Source: Neoconidiobolus thromboides FSU 785
Lineage: Eukaryota > Fungi > Entomophthoromycota
Direction: 5' to 3'
Assembly (NCBI GenBank): GCA_025603075.1
Contig: MU626281.1
Coordinates: forward strand, 1 to 64,000
DNA length: 64,000 nucleotides
Below, one piece after another: positions 13,231 through 26,565 of the stretch; the stretch's first letter is position 1, and every line of letters begins with the position of its first letter. Both the position numbers and the translations under genes were made by a program. The notes beneath the pieces are model-generated. The model worked only from the letters and a program-made list of their open reading frames with translations, had not been told where the DNA came from and ran no database searches.

Positions 13231-13289
13231 TGATTTGAATACCATAACATTTATCTTTTAGATTACTGTTATTGATTCTGTCAATCAAG

Positions 13290-13724
13290 ATGTCAAAAAG
13301 TAGTAGTAGCACTAGGAACAATAGCTTAGGTTATATTATGGACCAAAGATCCTTCTCCTTAGATTTGAACTTTTATAACTTAAATCATAATGATCCTTCA
13401 TTTAAACTGCCTCCTTTAGAGTACATTCCACATTATCATTCTACGAATATACGTTTACCATCTATTTCAGTAGTATTAAAATCTATTAACGATGAGCAAT
13501 CTACTGCAGGAAGGATAATTTATAATAATCAGTCCATAAAATTGGTCTATAGTCATCGCAAGAGAAGGAAATCGTACGAAATTAACCGAAAGTTTAAGTG
13601 TAGTTATCCAAACTGCAATAAATCGTATGGAGCCTTAAATCATTTAAATTATCATATTAAAAATCAAAATCATGGAGAGCTTCGAAGAGCTAAAGAATTC
13701 AAATCTAAATGTTTTCAATTTTAA
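13290..13724 (+). CDS. Con7-like single C2H2 finger protein (ZF4, 144 aa from ATG 13290)
   Basis: RKRRKSYEINRKFKCSYPNCNKSYGALNHLNYHIKNQNHGELRRAKEF. The ORF-track start at 13272 is TTG; the first ATG is 13290. Confidence 0.87.
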   Translation: MSKSSSSTRNNSLGYIMDQRSFSLDLNFYNLNHNDPSFKLPPLEYIPHYHSTNIRLPSISVVLKSINDEQSTAGRIIYNNQSIKLVYSHRKRRKSYEINRKFKCSYPNCNKSYGALNHLNYHIKNQNHGELRRAKEFKSKCFQF

Positions 13725-16700
13725 CTTTCTCTACTTCAAATTTATCTATAAATTAACTACCATAATAAATTGGTATTCTCCTTTGTATATTAAAAATAAA
13801 ACTATTTATTTTTTATTGATTATTCACTTTGTTTCATTACTACTATTCTTAATTTATATAGTTTTATCACCAACCTTAAAACGGTTGTTTTATTAGCAAA
13901 TAAAATTAAACTAACTTCAATTTTTTTACTTGGAATATAAAAATGCCCATTTCTAACTATTTAAACGGGTAGGGTTGATAAAAATTTAAAATTTTAAATT
14001 TAAAGCATTAACTTAGTCCACCCACCCTAATAGTGGTAAATAAGGCATGAGAGAGAAATACAAAACCAACTAACCCACAAAATTGTCTAATCATTAAAAG
14101 AACAAAAAATTACTAAGACAAATAACCAACCCACAAGTTCAAAATAACAAACTTTACTCACAAATTTTGCATTACTATTAGTAAAACTTTGCTACCATCC
14201 CTAAAGGTCTTTATAAATATTTTTATATAAATAATAATGAAGACAGCAAATATTGTTTCTTTAGGTAAGAGGGCATAAATCTTCCTTAATCACAGAATAC
14301 TCGCTACGATCGAGTTTGTCTGTTTCATGCGGGAGATATAACCTTTAACAAAAAATTATAAAAACTTAAAAGCAATAAACAAATATATATACATTATAAT
14401 GAAAAATGAAATACAATAGGTTTTGTATTTTTATAATAGCATACTAAAGTAAATAGTATTGGAGATATTATAGTTGTTTCAAAGTTTTATTATATATTAG
14501 TTCTTTGTATTGATTCAACATCTCCAAAATTCAATGATTGTTCAAGAGAACAGGTACAAATTTCAAACAGAGGTCCAAAACTTGCTTTATTTTTCAATAA
14601 GGATCAAATAAAAAATAAAAAAGTTGATCGAAAACCGTAATAGTATTAATCTATTAGTTTGAAATTTTAATTGAGGTTGTTGTTTTTAATAGACCTTTTG
14701 AGTCTAAATAAATAGTTAGGTGTATAATTTCAAAAACAAACATCAGTTTTGTTATACTCTTGTCTTCCTTATATATTATTTTGAATTAGAAAATGAGTGC
14801 TAGAATGTATAAATTTTAATTTAATTTAAGATAATTTTTATAAAGCAATGTTTGAGCTTAAAGAATAAAATACATTTGCCATAAAAGCTCTAGTTATGAC
14901 GCTATAATTCTACATTAAAAAAATTTGGTTGGGTATATTCATTATGAATTAATAGATTAGAGTATAGTATAAATTATTAATATTAGAAAAGAGTATTAAA
15001 ATATTTTTAAAATATTTTAGCTTCATGAAAGTTTAATAGTCAAGCTTTAGTTAATAAATTTCAAATTAAAGGGTTTAAGGATTAAAGTACATAAGCTCTC
15101 CTTTAAGGATCCTAAATTAAACTACGGACTTTTATAACATTATCGCCCAAGAATAAGCTGTCATTATCCGGTTTTTTTAGTCAGAGAAACTGCAATATGC
15201 TTTTTTGGAAATCACAATTGGTAATTTTAATGTATTAAACCATTTTCTAACAGATAGCTTTATTTTACTCTATAAAATAACTTAATTAAATAATATAAGA
15301 AATATAAAAAGTCATGCTTATATGTATTGAGATTATACATACTATAATTTGTTTCTAATCTTCAGTATAGCATAATATATTAACATAATATTAGAGTAAT
15401 ATGAACTATTAATGTAGTTTGAAGAATAAAACTGAATTTATATTGAAATGTAAATTCCTAAATACGAAAATATGGTGTTTTGCTGCAAAATTAAAAAGTG
15501 AAGATCAAATAATAGTTCCCCTTATTCGTCATCTTGTGAGCAAAACCTTTGATGTGATCAATCTTTTTGATTTATAAATAACTCTTCTTTATTTACCAAA
15601 TTGGGATTTTCTACGAGAATATTGTTAATAATTTTTCTAGCTTATCTTTGGCGGTATTTAAAAAAGTCCAAGTACAAAATCATAATAATCGCATTTCAAT
15701 ACTAGCTGATTATAAATATACTATCAAATTTTACTACAAAATTTTTGTATTTGTTTAATTCTATGTTAATTTCCATTCTCTGTAAGTGATCCGTAACATT
15801 TTGTTAACGTAAATAGAATAGAATCCTTTTATCACCATATTTTATGGTTGAATAGAATAACAATCTATCAACATTACTTATTCTAAAAAAAGGGTTACCC
15901 ATCAAAAACTATAAGTTATAGTCAGATTATCCAATAAAAAGTGAGAAGTTATTTATCTCACTGTTCTATTTTGATATTATTTGAGAAACAAAACTAAAGT
16001 TGTACGTTTTACTTATAAAAAGGGCAAATAAAGTTGGTTTTGGAGTAGTAAAATAGTAATAACTGCTTTTGTTTTATTACCTTCTAGTTTGATTATTTTA
16101 GTTTAGAATTCCAAGTGTATTATTTCACCTTAGTTTTACCTATTTGAATAGTAAACTAATCAAGTCAAAACGCTATAATAACTTATTAGTTGGATTAGTA
16201 ATAACTAAAGTCACCCGACATTACAATGGAAAATAAAGGCTATAAAAATCTCAAAGTTTGATAAGGAGTTATTTATATTATAACAACACTGCTATAAATA
16301 GCATAGGAAGAATGGAAATAAAGATACCTTAGCATAAATCCATTAGTGCGTGAAAATATTATTCTATAGTGATGTCAGTAAGTTTTAAGCTTAAAAAATT
16401 GGGAAAGAGTCAAAATAAAAGCCTTAATTAATTGGATCTTCACTAAGCTTCAAAATATAAGGTTATTTTAAGCGAGAAGGCATTTATTTGAAGATCGAGA
16501 TTCTCTGAGTCATCTTGTTTAGTCATTAAAAAGAAACCTTATTAAATATGATATTGCTTATAATCTTGAGTTAAGTCTCAATTTTTACTCCACACACATT
16601 TCATTATCACATTTTGGATGAAATTTATCAACCGTAATTTTGACCATAGTATATTGTATAAATAAGTTTAATTGAATACATGTATTATACAGAAAATAAG

Positions 16701-17814
16701 CATGTATTAACCAAAATTTGGTAAGTTTTTTTTAAAAATTTTGTGCTAAACTATAGATAAGGAAAGAAGTTCAAAATAGCAGCGATGTATCACTTGATTC
16801 TATCTCCATAGTTACCTTAATTTATAATAAGCAATCTTTGAATTTACTGACAAATGTGGGTAAAAGAATAGGATTTTCGGATTTAATCAAATCTTAGCAT
16901 TTGTTGCTCCAATTAATATTCAAGGTTTATTAAAAATTTAATCTAAAATATCTAGATTAATTCCCATAACACTTATTCCTAAAAAAATAAGTGGATTAAG
17001 TTATTTAGTAAAGAATATTCTAAAATATTGAATATATTGTGTAATTGGAATTCAAAGTATCTTTTGACTTTGTGTTTTCTAAATTCTAAACCCTATCATA
17101 TATGCGTTATAATTCTATTTTAATCACAAAACTACTACTCATAGCATTGACTCTATAATAATAGTCGTCTATTTTTATAACTGTTGAGATTTAGATAAGG
17201 GATCATCTGATATCAGTAATCTATAGATAAGAAAGCTCTTAAATAATAACAAACTTAATATGAAATAGCAGATCCCGCCCAAATCATACTATTGAATTTG
17301 GAAAAACCCTACGAAAAATGCGTATAAAAGTATTCTCTTTTTTTGAATAATTTGCTATTAAACCATGTCATTTGAAGTGAATTAAATCAAAAGGGTAACA
17401 AATTTATTAAAAACTTTAATAGCTGACTAATGATTTGGCAAATTCCATTTCAGCTGATATGTTATTAACAAAGATTGGTCCTTGTGATTCACTCATTAAT
17501 TATAAGTTATATAAAACAAGTTTTCGGATAATGATTTGTATTTGCGAACCCTTAAAATAGTAATTTCTATAGCTTAACATATAAAGATATCCGAGCGCTA
17601 TTGCTCTTATTTGTCCCTTTTTAAGGATATTTTTATATATCATTAGCCTAGGGAGTGAAATATACGCTCATCCACTTGATTATAAGTCATCAGTAGGTTC
17701 ATTTACATTAACATAATATAGATAATAGGTAATTTATTGCTTAAATGATCAAAGAATCTCAGCTTATTTAATAAAATTTCAATTTATTATTTTGAAGTTA
17801 TTTCCCTTTCAAAA

Positions 17815-17824
17815 AAGTATATAA
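17815..17824 (+). promoter_or_regulatory. TATA box of ZF5 (AAGTATATAA)
   Basis: About 100 nt upstream of the ATG, followed by a T-rich leader with TTTTTGA repeats. Confidence 0.5.
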
Positions 17825-17925
17825 GGTAACACAAGTGGAATTTTTGATTTTTTTATTCTCAATTTTTGATTTTTAATTTTTGATTTTTTTTAATTTATCG
17901 CTCTTTAAATAAACTGAGCTAAAAA

Positions 17926-18615
17926 ATGAATACGTATACTACTCAGCGTCAGACTTTTAATTCTCCCATTATTTCCCCAAATAGATACAATAACTATGAG
18001 TATCGCCAACACCATTCACGACAATCTATGTCAAGCCACTATGAAACAAGTCCTTCATATCATTATACTAATGAAACCAAAGCCGTTTCAGGCTTACCAA
18101 ACCATGGATTCAATGACTTTAATCATCATTGTCGAAGTGTCAGACTTCCTTCCTTAAGAGAACTTTTAAGATCCCCACGCATCGATAATACCCACATAGT
18201 ACCAACTCCTGTTAATTATAATGATATAAGAGCTAGAAAAATGTCGGAAACCAACTTAAAGCCCTATGATAGCAGTTATCATAATTATCCTAGGGAATCC
18301 AGCTTTTTAAGAACCGATCCGGTGCTTTATAAACATGGAGTTAGATCCAATTATATGGATAATTTTTATTCACCTTATAATAGAGGGCCAGATAGCTTAA
18401 GCGATAATAACTACCTTCAAGGTCCAGATGGACATAAAAAAAGGCCAAGAAAAAAGCATCATGAAGTTAATCGAGTCTTTAGATGCGATTATCTTGGTTG
18501 CGATAAAAGCTATGGTGCTTTGAATCATCTCAATACTCATATCTATACCCATCATGACAAAAAAAGAAAGAGAAAAGCGGAAGAATTTCACCACATTACC
18601 CGCTTTTTAAGTTAA
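17926..18615 (+). CDS. Con7-like single C2H2 finger protein (ZF5, 229 aa)
   Basis: KRPRKKHHEVNRVFRCDYLGCDKSYGALNHLNTHIYTHH; RLPSLRELL motif. Confidence 0.88.
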   Translation: MNTYTTQRQTFNSPIISPNRYNNYEYRQHHSRQSMSSHYETSPSYHYTNETKAVSGLPNHGFNDFNHHCRSVRLPSLRELLRSPRIDNTHIVPTPVNYNDIRARKMSETNLKPYDSSYHNYPRESSFLRTDPVLYKHGVRSNYMDNFYSPYNRGPDSLSDNNYLQGPDGHKKRPRKKHHEVNRVFRCDYLGCDKSYGALNHLNTHIYTHHDKKRKRKAEEFHHITRFLS

Positions 18616-20042
18616 GCTTTTTTTGCACTTATGCATTTCTCTCTTGTATTATATCTTGATAACTTTTTTATCTTAGTTGTATCTACCTTTCTTTGCAATA
18701 CAGTCTATTTATTTAATAAATTTTAATTTTAACATTACTTTTTTTTCAAATTTATAACAGTATTTTGTACAAATTATATAGTTCTTCAAGGGGTAGATGA
18801 ATTTTATCATTTGAAGAAGGTAAGTTTATAAAAGATTAAATAGTAGTTAGTTTAACATTATAATAGTGTAATATGACTTTCATAATACATAAGTATATGA
18901 TATAATATATGATAAGACTTCTTAAAAATAGAAAAAACGAATAAAAGATGAGTAATAAAGTGATATTATTGCAATTAAAGGGATTAAGGTAGGAAACCCC
19001 TTATTTATTGCTAGTCATGGATCAAAATTACAACTTAGGCACTAAGTACTACCAAAATACTGCTTTTGTTTATTTAAAATAACTTATGTTGAAACGTTTT
19101 TTTGTCCAGTTTTGTTAGTTTTTTTTTTAATTTTACACTACATGGAAAAGGACAAAAAGTGAATTAGAAAATTTTACTTTTAATTTTAACTAAGCTTTTA
19201 AACTTATTCATATATATATATACTAATGCTTTGTTCTAAAAATCAAACATTTATTATAAAATTAAGAATAAAACAACTGAGCATTTGAACCATTATTTGT
19301 AGTTAAAGCAAAATATTTACTCTTTATTAAATGTTTACTAATTTTGTATTTTTATAAACAGTTTATTGAGTTTATAAATGCTGATAATCTTTTAAATTTA
19401 ATATACATAAAGTTTATGATTATTTTTTGCATATAAAGTTTCATTTCATCTTTATTTTATTACTTTTTTGTATACACTTTATATATATATAACTTTTATT
19501 TAATTATATAATATTATTTGCAATTATACTACTTACCAATTCTCTCATAACAGTCACTCGTATCCCTTCTCTCTGATCTCCATCTTCTATAGTTGGAAAA
19601 GCCTTTAGAAAGTTAAATTAAAATGGCGCCACCATTGTTTATTTGACTCACACAAAGGCAGGAATATACTGGACAAAACCCCCACCTTTTAAAGTAATCT
19701 CTTCGTTGCACTATTACTAGAGTATCAGCTCTTTGTGCATCCTTTTATGTAATAAATAAAGCATTTAGGGTGAAAGCCTTTCAAGATATATATAAAGCTA
19801 TAGAGTTGTTTTATATTTTGAATTCATTTCTAAAATAAAAATATAAAAAAATTTATATTCAAAAAATTTACATCAGTCTAAACGGAACTTCAATATCAGA
19901 CAAAAGTAATTTTAGAATCTTTTTAGAGTTTTATTTATGTAATATAAATTGTAACCTTAATTTTTAATTATAGTTTTTTAAATATAACAAATATTTTTTA
20001 TAATGGATGTTTTTAATAAAATTACTTTTAGTTATAATATAT

Positions 20043-20135
20043 AGCGATATTTTTTGATTTCATCACTTTTTACATCTTTTAAGCGCTATTTGAGCAGAAA
20101 AATTGTTGATAGAATTCTTAGAAAAATATATTTGC
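20043..20135 (-). mobile_element. MITE copy (reverse, degenerate)
   Basis: GATTTCATCACTTTTTACATCTTTTAAGCGCTATTTGAGCAGAAAAATTGTT matches the family reverse strand. Confidence 0.7.
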
Positions 20136-20307
20136 ATGTTTATACACAAATATTATATTATTTATAATTAATCCTATTTTATGCTTTAATCTTATTAAAT
20201 TGTTTTGATTAAAAATAACCAAAGTTTTTAATGTATCTCATATACTGAGTTTTTGGTTGAAAAACTTTCCTTTTACAGCTTTTCACAGCCATTACTAGTT
20301 ATCATTT

Positions 20308-20403
20308 GGGGATGTATTTTTATGTAAGAATTTACTAACAATTTTTCCACTTAAATAGCACTTAAAAGATAGAAAAAGCAATAAGACCAAAAAAAACACC
20401 CCC
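20308..20403 (+). mobile_element. MITE copy (forward)
   Basis: GGGGATG...AACACCCCC; ATTT duplicated on both sides. Confidence 0.88.
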
Positions 20404-20988
20404 ATTTATTAAAAAATAATATCTTTGTCATGAAGCTAAAAATTAATCCAACTTTAGAATTAAATTAACTTTAATTTTAATTGAAAAACAAAAGACGAAA
20501 AAAGCTACTTAGTAGTTTAATTTAAAGTTATTAAGTTTAAATAAATTTTATAGTTTTATGATATGTGGTTTTAGAATAATTACTTAAATAAATTAAAAAC
20601 TTTCGTTATTAACATTAGGGAAAAATTTAAATCTAATTATTGTAATCAAACAATAAGAGAGTAATAAATTCAAGATTCAATAACTCTGATTTGTTTTAAT
20701 TTGGCAAATAAAATCCTTTTTTTGTTATAGAGGGTTAAAGGTTAAGGTTAGGGATGGTAAGGTCAGATCTTAATAGTTTTCTGCAGCTATATAACAACAA
20801 ATCAATATTTGGTTTTTTATGCAAACCAATCATTACTAAAATAAAGCTATATAGTTGGTCAAAACAACCTTACACTAATTTTAGTTATAGCTGGAAACTT
20901 CGTTTATACTAATCCTCTGTTTAAAATGGTGGTTAGCTTTTGAAATAACAGTACATTTTGGATAGTGTAATCATTGTGACTATCAATT

Positions 20989-21086
20989 GGGAGTGTTTTT
21001 TTTGACCCCATTATTTTTTCATTTTTTAAGCGCTATTTAAACAGAAAAATTGTTAGTAAAATTTTTAAACACAAAAATACATCCTC
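20989..21086 (-). mobile_element. MITE copy (reverse)
   Basis: GGGAGTG...ACATCCTC; AATT duplicated on both sides. Confidence 0.85.
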
Positions 21087-21127
21087 AATTTTAATGCTAC
21101 TTGCATTTTTAAATAAAATTTGCATAT

Positions 21128-21215
21128 AAAAATATCCTTTTTGTTTAAGGTTTCCAGCAATAATTTTTTTACTCAATAGTGTTTAAAAAATTGGAAAGTG
21201 ATCAAAAAACACCCT
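21128..21215 (+). mobile_element. MITE copy (forward, degenerate)
   Basis: ACTCAATAGTGTTTAAAAAATTGGAAAGTGATCAAAAAACACCCT then ATAT; left end eroded. Confidence 0.6.
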
Positions 21216-22234
21216 ATATTACGTTCAATTTCCTTTTTAATGCTATGTTTTTTTTTAAATTTTAATAAACTTATTCTATTTATCTTATTAAGCTGTTTCT
21301 AAACTTTTATCTTATTTTTACAAAGTCATTATTATAAAGCAGTGTTTATTTCAAACAAGTCTATTTTTTTGATGTAATTGTAATAAAAAGCAAAGCATAT
21401 TAAGAATTTATTCCAAAAGGTTTGATCGAGTCTATAATCTTCAAAATTAACTTCAGTATTATTTTCATTATATAATGTGTGACTTTTATATTGTAAAAAC
21501 TACTAATTTCAGCATACCTTTTATGACAAACTTAACACTGGATTTCTTTTCACATATTTATAACTCCAAACTTATCAGATAAGTTTTCAGTCTCCAGTAT
21601 AGCATTAATAATACAAGAAAAATCAACGTTATTTTTATCATTAATTATTCAATTCACTATTTTAGTAAAAAATACATATAAAATATAATGACGAACTAAA
21701 GAAAATACACTGACTTAGGTTTACTATATGCAAAAGGTGTTGTGCGATCTTTTTGCATAAATTAAATCATGTAAACACCGAAAAATAAAAGTATAGCCGA
21801 TTTAAGGTAGGTAAAAGCACCATTTGATGTGGAGTAGAATGGATCTAAATACTAAACAAGGTAAATTTTCGCTTAATTTTAAACCTGTACTACTCTCAAA
21901 GCGCCCTTAAATCCATTTCTTTAATAAGCCAATCAATTTCATTTCCTTGCCCTTCCACTTTATTGAATGTGGGTTTTTTTAAATCTATTTATATTTTAAA
22001 AATTCAAAAGTATTAATTTCCGACAATCTTCCTTTTAAATAAGTAATAGTAAAACTAACATCATTCTACAGGTGTGTTAGCGTGCTCATATATTTTTTTA
22101 TGTATATAAACTCCTTTCCTATTAATAGCTTTACGAAAGAAGTCTATGTAATGCGTACCAAGCTAAGTTGGGGTCTTATTAGCAAGTATCTCAAAAATAA
22201 AACCGATCCTAATTGAACTATATTGACTGAATTT

Positions 22235-22240
22235 AAAATA

Positions 22241-22270
<30 letters not shown>
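22235..22270. repeat. (AAAAAT)n microsatellite, about 6 units
   Basis: Direct reading. Confidence 0.8.
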
Positions 22271-22272
<2 letters not shown>

Positions 22273-22658
22273 CTGTTAATTTAGATATTAATTTACAACT
22301 TGATTAAGAATTAATATTTTATTGATATGAAATATCTATATTTTGAGGTTCATTGATGAATTTTATTTCAAAATTAAAATTGCCTAAGATAATGTGGTTG
22401 CAATTTAAAGCCATTTTTTTGTTTCAGGGCATTTTTTTAAAGAATTATTGGCTAATAAAATGAAAATTTAATTTTAAGGCTAATTTTTAATAGCTTGATT
22501 TAAGCTACAGTTCATCATAATAAAACAATATCCTACTTTCAGTAATTTAGCAATAAAAAACATTGAAATGTGAAATTTTGAATATAATAAAATTTTAAAT
22601 ATAAGTGAAATTTTACTAAATAATAAGCGAAAAAATTAATCTACAAAATATAATATGG

Positions 22659-23081
22659 CTAATTTTTGAATTCACTAGCTCTTCTCTTTGTCCCATGACT
22701 TTGAGCTACAATATGCGCGTTTAGATGATTTAATGCACCGTATGATTTGTCACAATTAGGATGTAAGCATTTATAAAACCTTTCAACTTCATGATATCGC
22801 CTACGTGGTCTTTTTTGGATAGCCTCATTAAATAAACTTATAAAAGCATATCCATTTTTACTTTTAAGTGGCTTCCCATTTAAAGCTTCGGCAAGGGAAG
22901 GTAAAGGCATATTATATTGCGAATTAGGTTCTAATGGGGGTAATTTTAAGTTATCTCTACTTAAGAATGTTTCAGTGCATTCAGTGTTTGGGGAGGCGCT
23001 ACTTGAAGAAATATAGCTCCTTGGTCTGAACTCAAATGGGTTTGGCAAATGTAAGTTATATTGACTTGAATATTTACTCAT
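22659..23081 (-). CDS. Con7-like single C2H2 finger protein (ZF6, 140 aa)
   Basis: KRPRRRYHEVERFYKCLHPNCDKSYGALNHLNAHIVAQSHGTKRRASEF; LPPL and LPSL motifs. Confidence 0.9.
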   Translation of the reverse strand: MSKYSSQYNLHLPNPFEFRPRSYISSSSASPNTECTETFLSRDNLKLPPLEPNSQYNMPLPSLAEALNGKPLKSKNGYAFISLFNEAIQKRPRRRYHEVERFYKCLHPNCDKSYGALNHLNAHIVAQSHGTKRRASEFKN

Positions 23082-23135
23082 TTATTTTAAAACTGATAGA
23101 AATTTAAATTAAAAGAGTAGTAGAATATTCATTAC

Positions 23136-23145
23136 TTATATACTT
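23136..23145 (-). promoter_or_regulatory. TATA box of ZF6 (AAGTATATAA)
   Basis: 55 nt upstream of the ATG. Confidence 0.55.
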
Positions 23146-25367
23146 TTTTTTGAAATTTTAAATGATTTTTTTGGGGTAGTCTAAATTGGGTTAAATCGCT
23201 AAGTTTTAAGAATCTCATTTTCAACTATCTACTATATATCCATCAACCTTGTGAATGATTTTACCAACTTAGGCAATTTACTACTAAATTTCCAACGTAA
23301 AATTTAAAATTTTGTCCATTTAGCTTTTGCATGGTATTTATTTACAGCCATGTTAGTAGTAACCTATTTTATAAATCTTTAGCCCATTTTGGTTAAATTT
23401 ATTTATAATATTATATGTGGCTTAAATTGAACTATTAGTTCTTAGTTGAGTTATACCGAAAAAAAGTTAGTTTTTATGTACTAGATAGGAACTCCAGTAA
23501 ATTCAGGTTAACTAAAAATATAACTCTAAATCACTACTTGTTTTTTACCCTGATTATCCCTTTTTTACTTAAAAGTAGACTAAAATAATTGTTAGTTTTG
23601 TTTTAGCTATAGTTTGCAATGTTTTGTTTTGTTTTTCAAAATAAAAATGGGTAGAAAATATTGTTACGATTTTGATCTCTTTAAAGTCCACTAGCAATAT
23701 GATAAATTATTTTCTACTTAAAAGCATTTAAAGTTACATATTAATGCTGTTTACTTTTTAAATAATTTAATATAAAGTATTTTTGAACACCAAATATTTC
23801 CAAAAGTGTAAAAACTAATGGTTAAAAATAAATAAATTAGATAACGTTAAAAAGATTTCATAATTACTAGCTTTCCTTAATATTTCAATTTTTACTAACA
23901 TGTTATTTTGTCTACTAAATTATAAAAAATCCTGTTCTTATTGATAAAAAAAACTATCCTTTTTTTAAATCTCCTGAAGTTTTTAATTAAAACATTCAAA
24001 CATTATCCTTGTTTTAAGGGCATTACCACATAGAACTATTCTTAAAAGCACCAAAACTTTATTATTATCATCAATGTTTAGATTATAAACAAGGAATTTG
24101 CTGATTTAGTTTACTTTAGCTTTTATTTAATAATCGGGAATTATACAAACTATATATAACCCTTAAACAAAGATTAATTTACCTCCAAATCTAATTAACC
24201 AGAATAAACTTAAAATGTGGTGATTAAAAATATAGTTTATAAAGTCGCTTCAGAATTGAAGAAATGTAACAATATTTTGAATTCTATTAAGTTTATTAAA
24301 AAAACTAAGTAAAACATTAATTGGTAAAAGTTACGGGACAACTTTTATTTTCAAACTATTTAAGGAGTTACATTATAAATACTATTATGTTTTCTTTTTA
24401 ATTAGTTTCAGTTATCATGACAAATTGTATTTTTGAGTTATAATACAGGGTATTTTTTGTCATTTGCTAATCATAAAGGTAATCATTTAATATCGGGATT
24501 AAACATTGGTAAGAGACGCGGGTAATAATCCGCAAAGTAACTTTATAGTCGTCATTAGTAATGTAAGTTATTTTTTTCCGTTATAGTAAGGTATATTGGT
24601 TTATGCCAAGGAAGTAAAAAATAATGATTAAATTAAAATATTATAATCTAGAATCTAAATTATTTTCTTTTTAGAAGCAAGATCATTAATTAGATCATAA
24701 ATGTTTTATCTTCAAGTTGTTAAAATTAATAATAGGAGTCTAAATAGTAAATATAGAATATGATCTTAAATTATATTAAAGGGTGTTTAAAACCCATTCA
24801 TTACTTTAATCAAAAATACCCTCATTTTTGTATTGATATTAAATTTTTACTTTAATATTTAATAAGAGTGTTTTATCAAGAACTTATAATTTAAGATACC
24901 ATTAAATTTAATTAATATAAAATTATATTAAATAAAAACTTTATTTTATCTGACTATAGTCCAAAGCTTTTAATTTTAGTTTAAACATAGGAGATGTAAT
25001 CTATATATAATTTTTAAAATTAGGTCATTGAAAAATGATATATAGATGTTGCTAGTTTTGTAAATACGGAGCTTCCTTAATATAGTCATTCCTTTATATC
25101 TTTATGATATTTATAAGTTACATCAAAATATGCACAAACATTATGAGTTTATTAGTTAAAAATAACATTGATTTTATTTTTAGATAAGAGGTTTAATTTT
25201 ATTTATAAATATCGTGTTTAAATTATAATAATACATCTTTAATTACTATATTAAACAAAAACAAACAAGTAATAAATTAAAACTTTTTGAAAACTAAACC
25301 TATAGACTTTATCACTTAATTAATAACCATATTTTAGCCCTAACCTTTAGTAAGGAAATTAATATAT

Positions 25368-25464
25368 GGGGATGTATTTCTGTATTTAAGGATTTTACTA
25401 ACAGTTTTTCCACCAAATAGCGCTTAAAAGATGGAAAAATTAATGAAGCCAAAAAAACATTCCC
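25368..25464 (+). mobile_element. MITE copy (forward)
   Basis: GGGGATG...ACATTCCC; ATAT both sides. Confidence 0.88.
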
Positions 25465-25778
25465 ATATCATAAACTTCACTTGTTTTTCTATTCACGTTT
25501 CAGATTGAAGTAAAGCGTCATTGGTTTTAAAAAGTTGGCAGGTTTTTAAGAAAAGATTATTTACCTTGGAGACAATTAAAATAAGTTTTAGAAAAATATA
25601 TGCTCTCTTTAGATTTAGGTATTAAGAAAAAATTATGAGATAAAAATTGTACTATTTCATATAGTAAAGCAAGACTTATTTATTGTTTATAAATAAATAT
25701 TTCAATAGAGTTTATGTATTCATTGTGTTAGTATCAAGACCTCTAATGTTATATATTTAATAATTAAAGATGATCAAT

Positions 25779-25874
25779 GGGAATGTATTTTTTTGTTTAA
25801 GGATTTTACTAGCAATCTTTCCACTCAAATAATGCTTAAAAAATGAAAAAAATAATGAAACCAAAAACATTCCC
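25779..25874 (+). mobile_element. MITE copy (forward)
   Basis: GGGAATG...CATTCCC TIR and family core; flanks CAAT/AATG do not form a clean TSD. Confidence 0.82.
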
Positions 25875-26466
25875 AATGCATAAAAAATCAATGGTTTTAT
25901 TACAGAAGATTATTCAGCTTTAGTCTCAACTAGCTATCAATTTTAGGGTATCTAATTTAAGTTCAAGTTAATTAATTTTCTCTTCTAAATAAAGCTATTT
26001 GAAGGTATATGTAGTGTGTCTATAAAAAATCATAAGCTTGTAAAGCTTTACAAAAGTGGTAAATCAGCAGGGGATAATGAAAGGGGATAATATAAGACTG
26101 ACTGTTTGAATATGACACCTAAATCCGGTATGAGTCTCGAGGAAGCCTAAATAAAGCTACTATTTCGCTTATTATTTGAATGATTATGTTTTTCAATGTG
26201 ATAATCAACTTATATAGGCTATGTACATATATTGGTTTATTATTTATAGAAGTTTCAAATGCCTAAAAGTTTCTCCATATTTTAAAAGAACTTAGCTCAC
26301 GTATTTTACGATATCAATGTAGTGTTTCTGATCATGGTATTATTGTGCATTATCCTTTTCAATGCTTTGATAGTTTTTATATAAAACTCCTCCTATTTGA
26401 TTTAATATTAAAGCTTCATATAATTTGTCTTAAAGAATAAATGCAACTTCCAAAAATAAAACATCT

Positions 26467-26565
26467 GGGAACACCTTTTTTGTTTCAGCATTAACTAATA
26501 GTTTTTTAAAAATTTTAATAGAAAATGAACAAATAAATGAAATCAAAAAAGACATAATCATCCTC
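26467..26565. mobile_element. Highly degenerate MITE-like relic
   Basis: GGGAAC..TTTTTT start and ATGAAATCAAAAAA..CATCCTC end; interior eroded. Confidence 0.35.

Noticed and set aside
13672-13896. 74-aa ORF overlapping the end of ZF4
   Set aside because: Hydrophobic AT-drift in the 3' UTR; no independent support.
18397-18594. 65-aa antisense ORF
   Set aside because: Shadow of ZF5.
713-19632. CGCCAC hexamer at 713, 5312, 6048 and 19627
   Set aside because: Noticeable in AT-rich DNA but not consistently upstream of genes, and my count was not exhaustive.
19520-19750. GC-enriched patch with a coding-like minus frame (RDYFKRWGFVQYIP...KAFPTIEDGDQREG)
   Set aside because: Multiple stops and no recognisable family.
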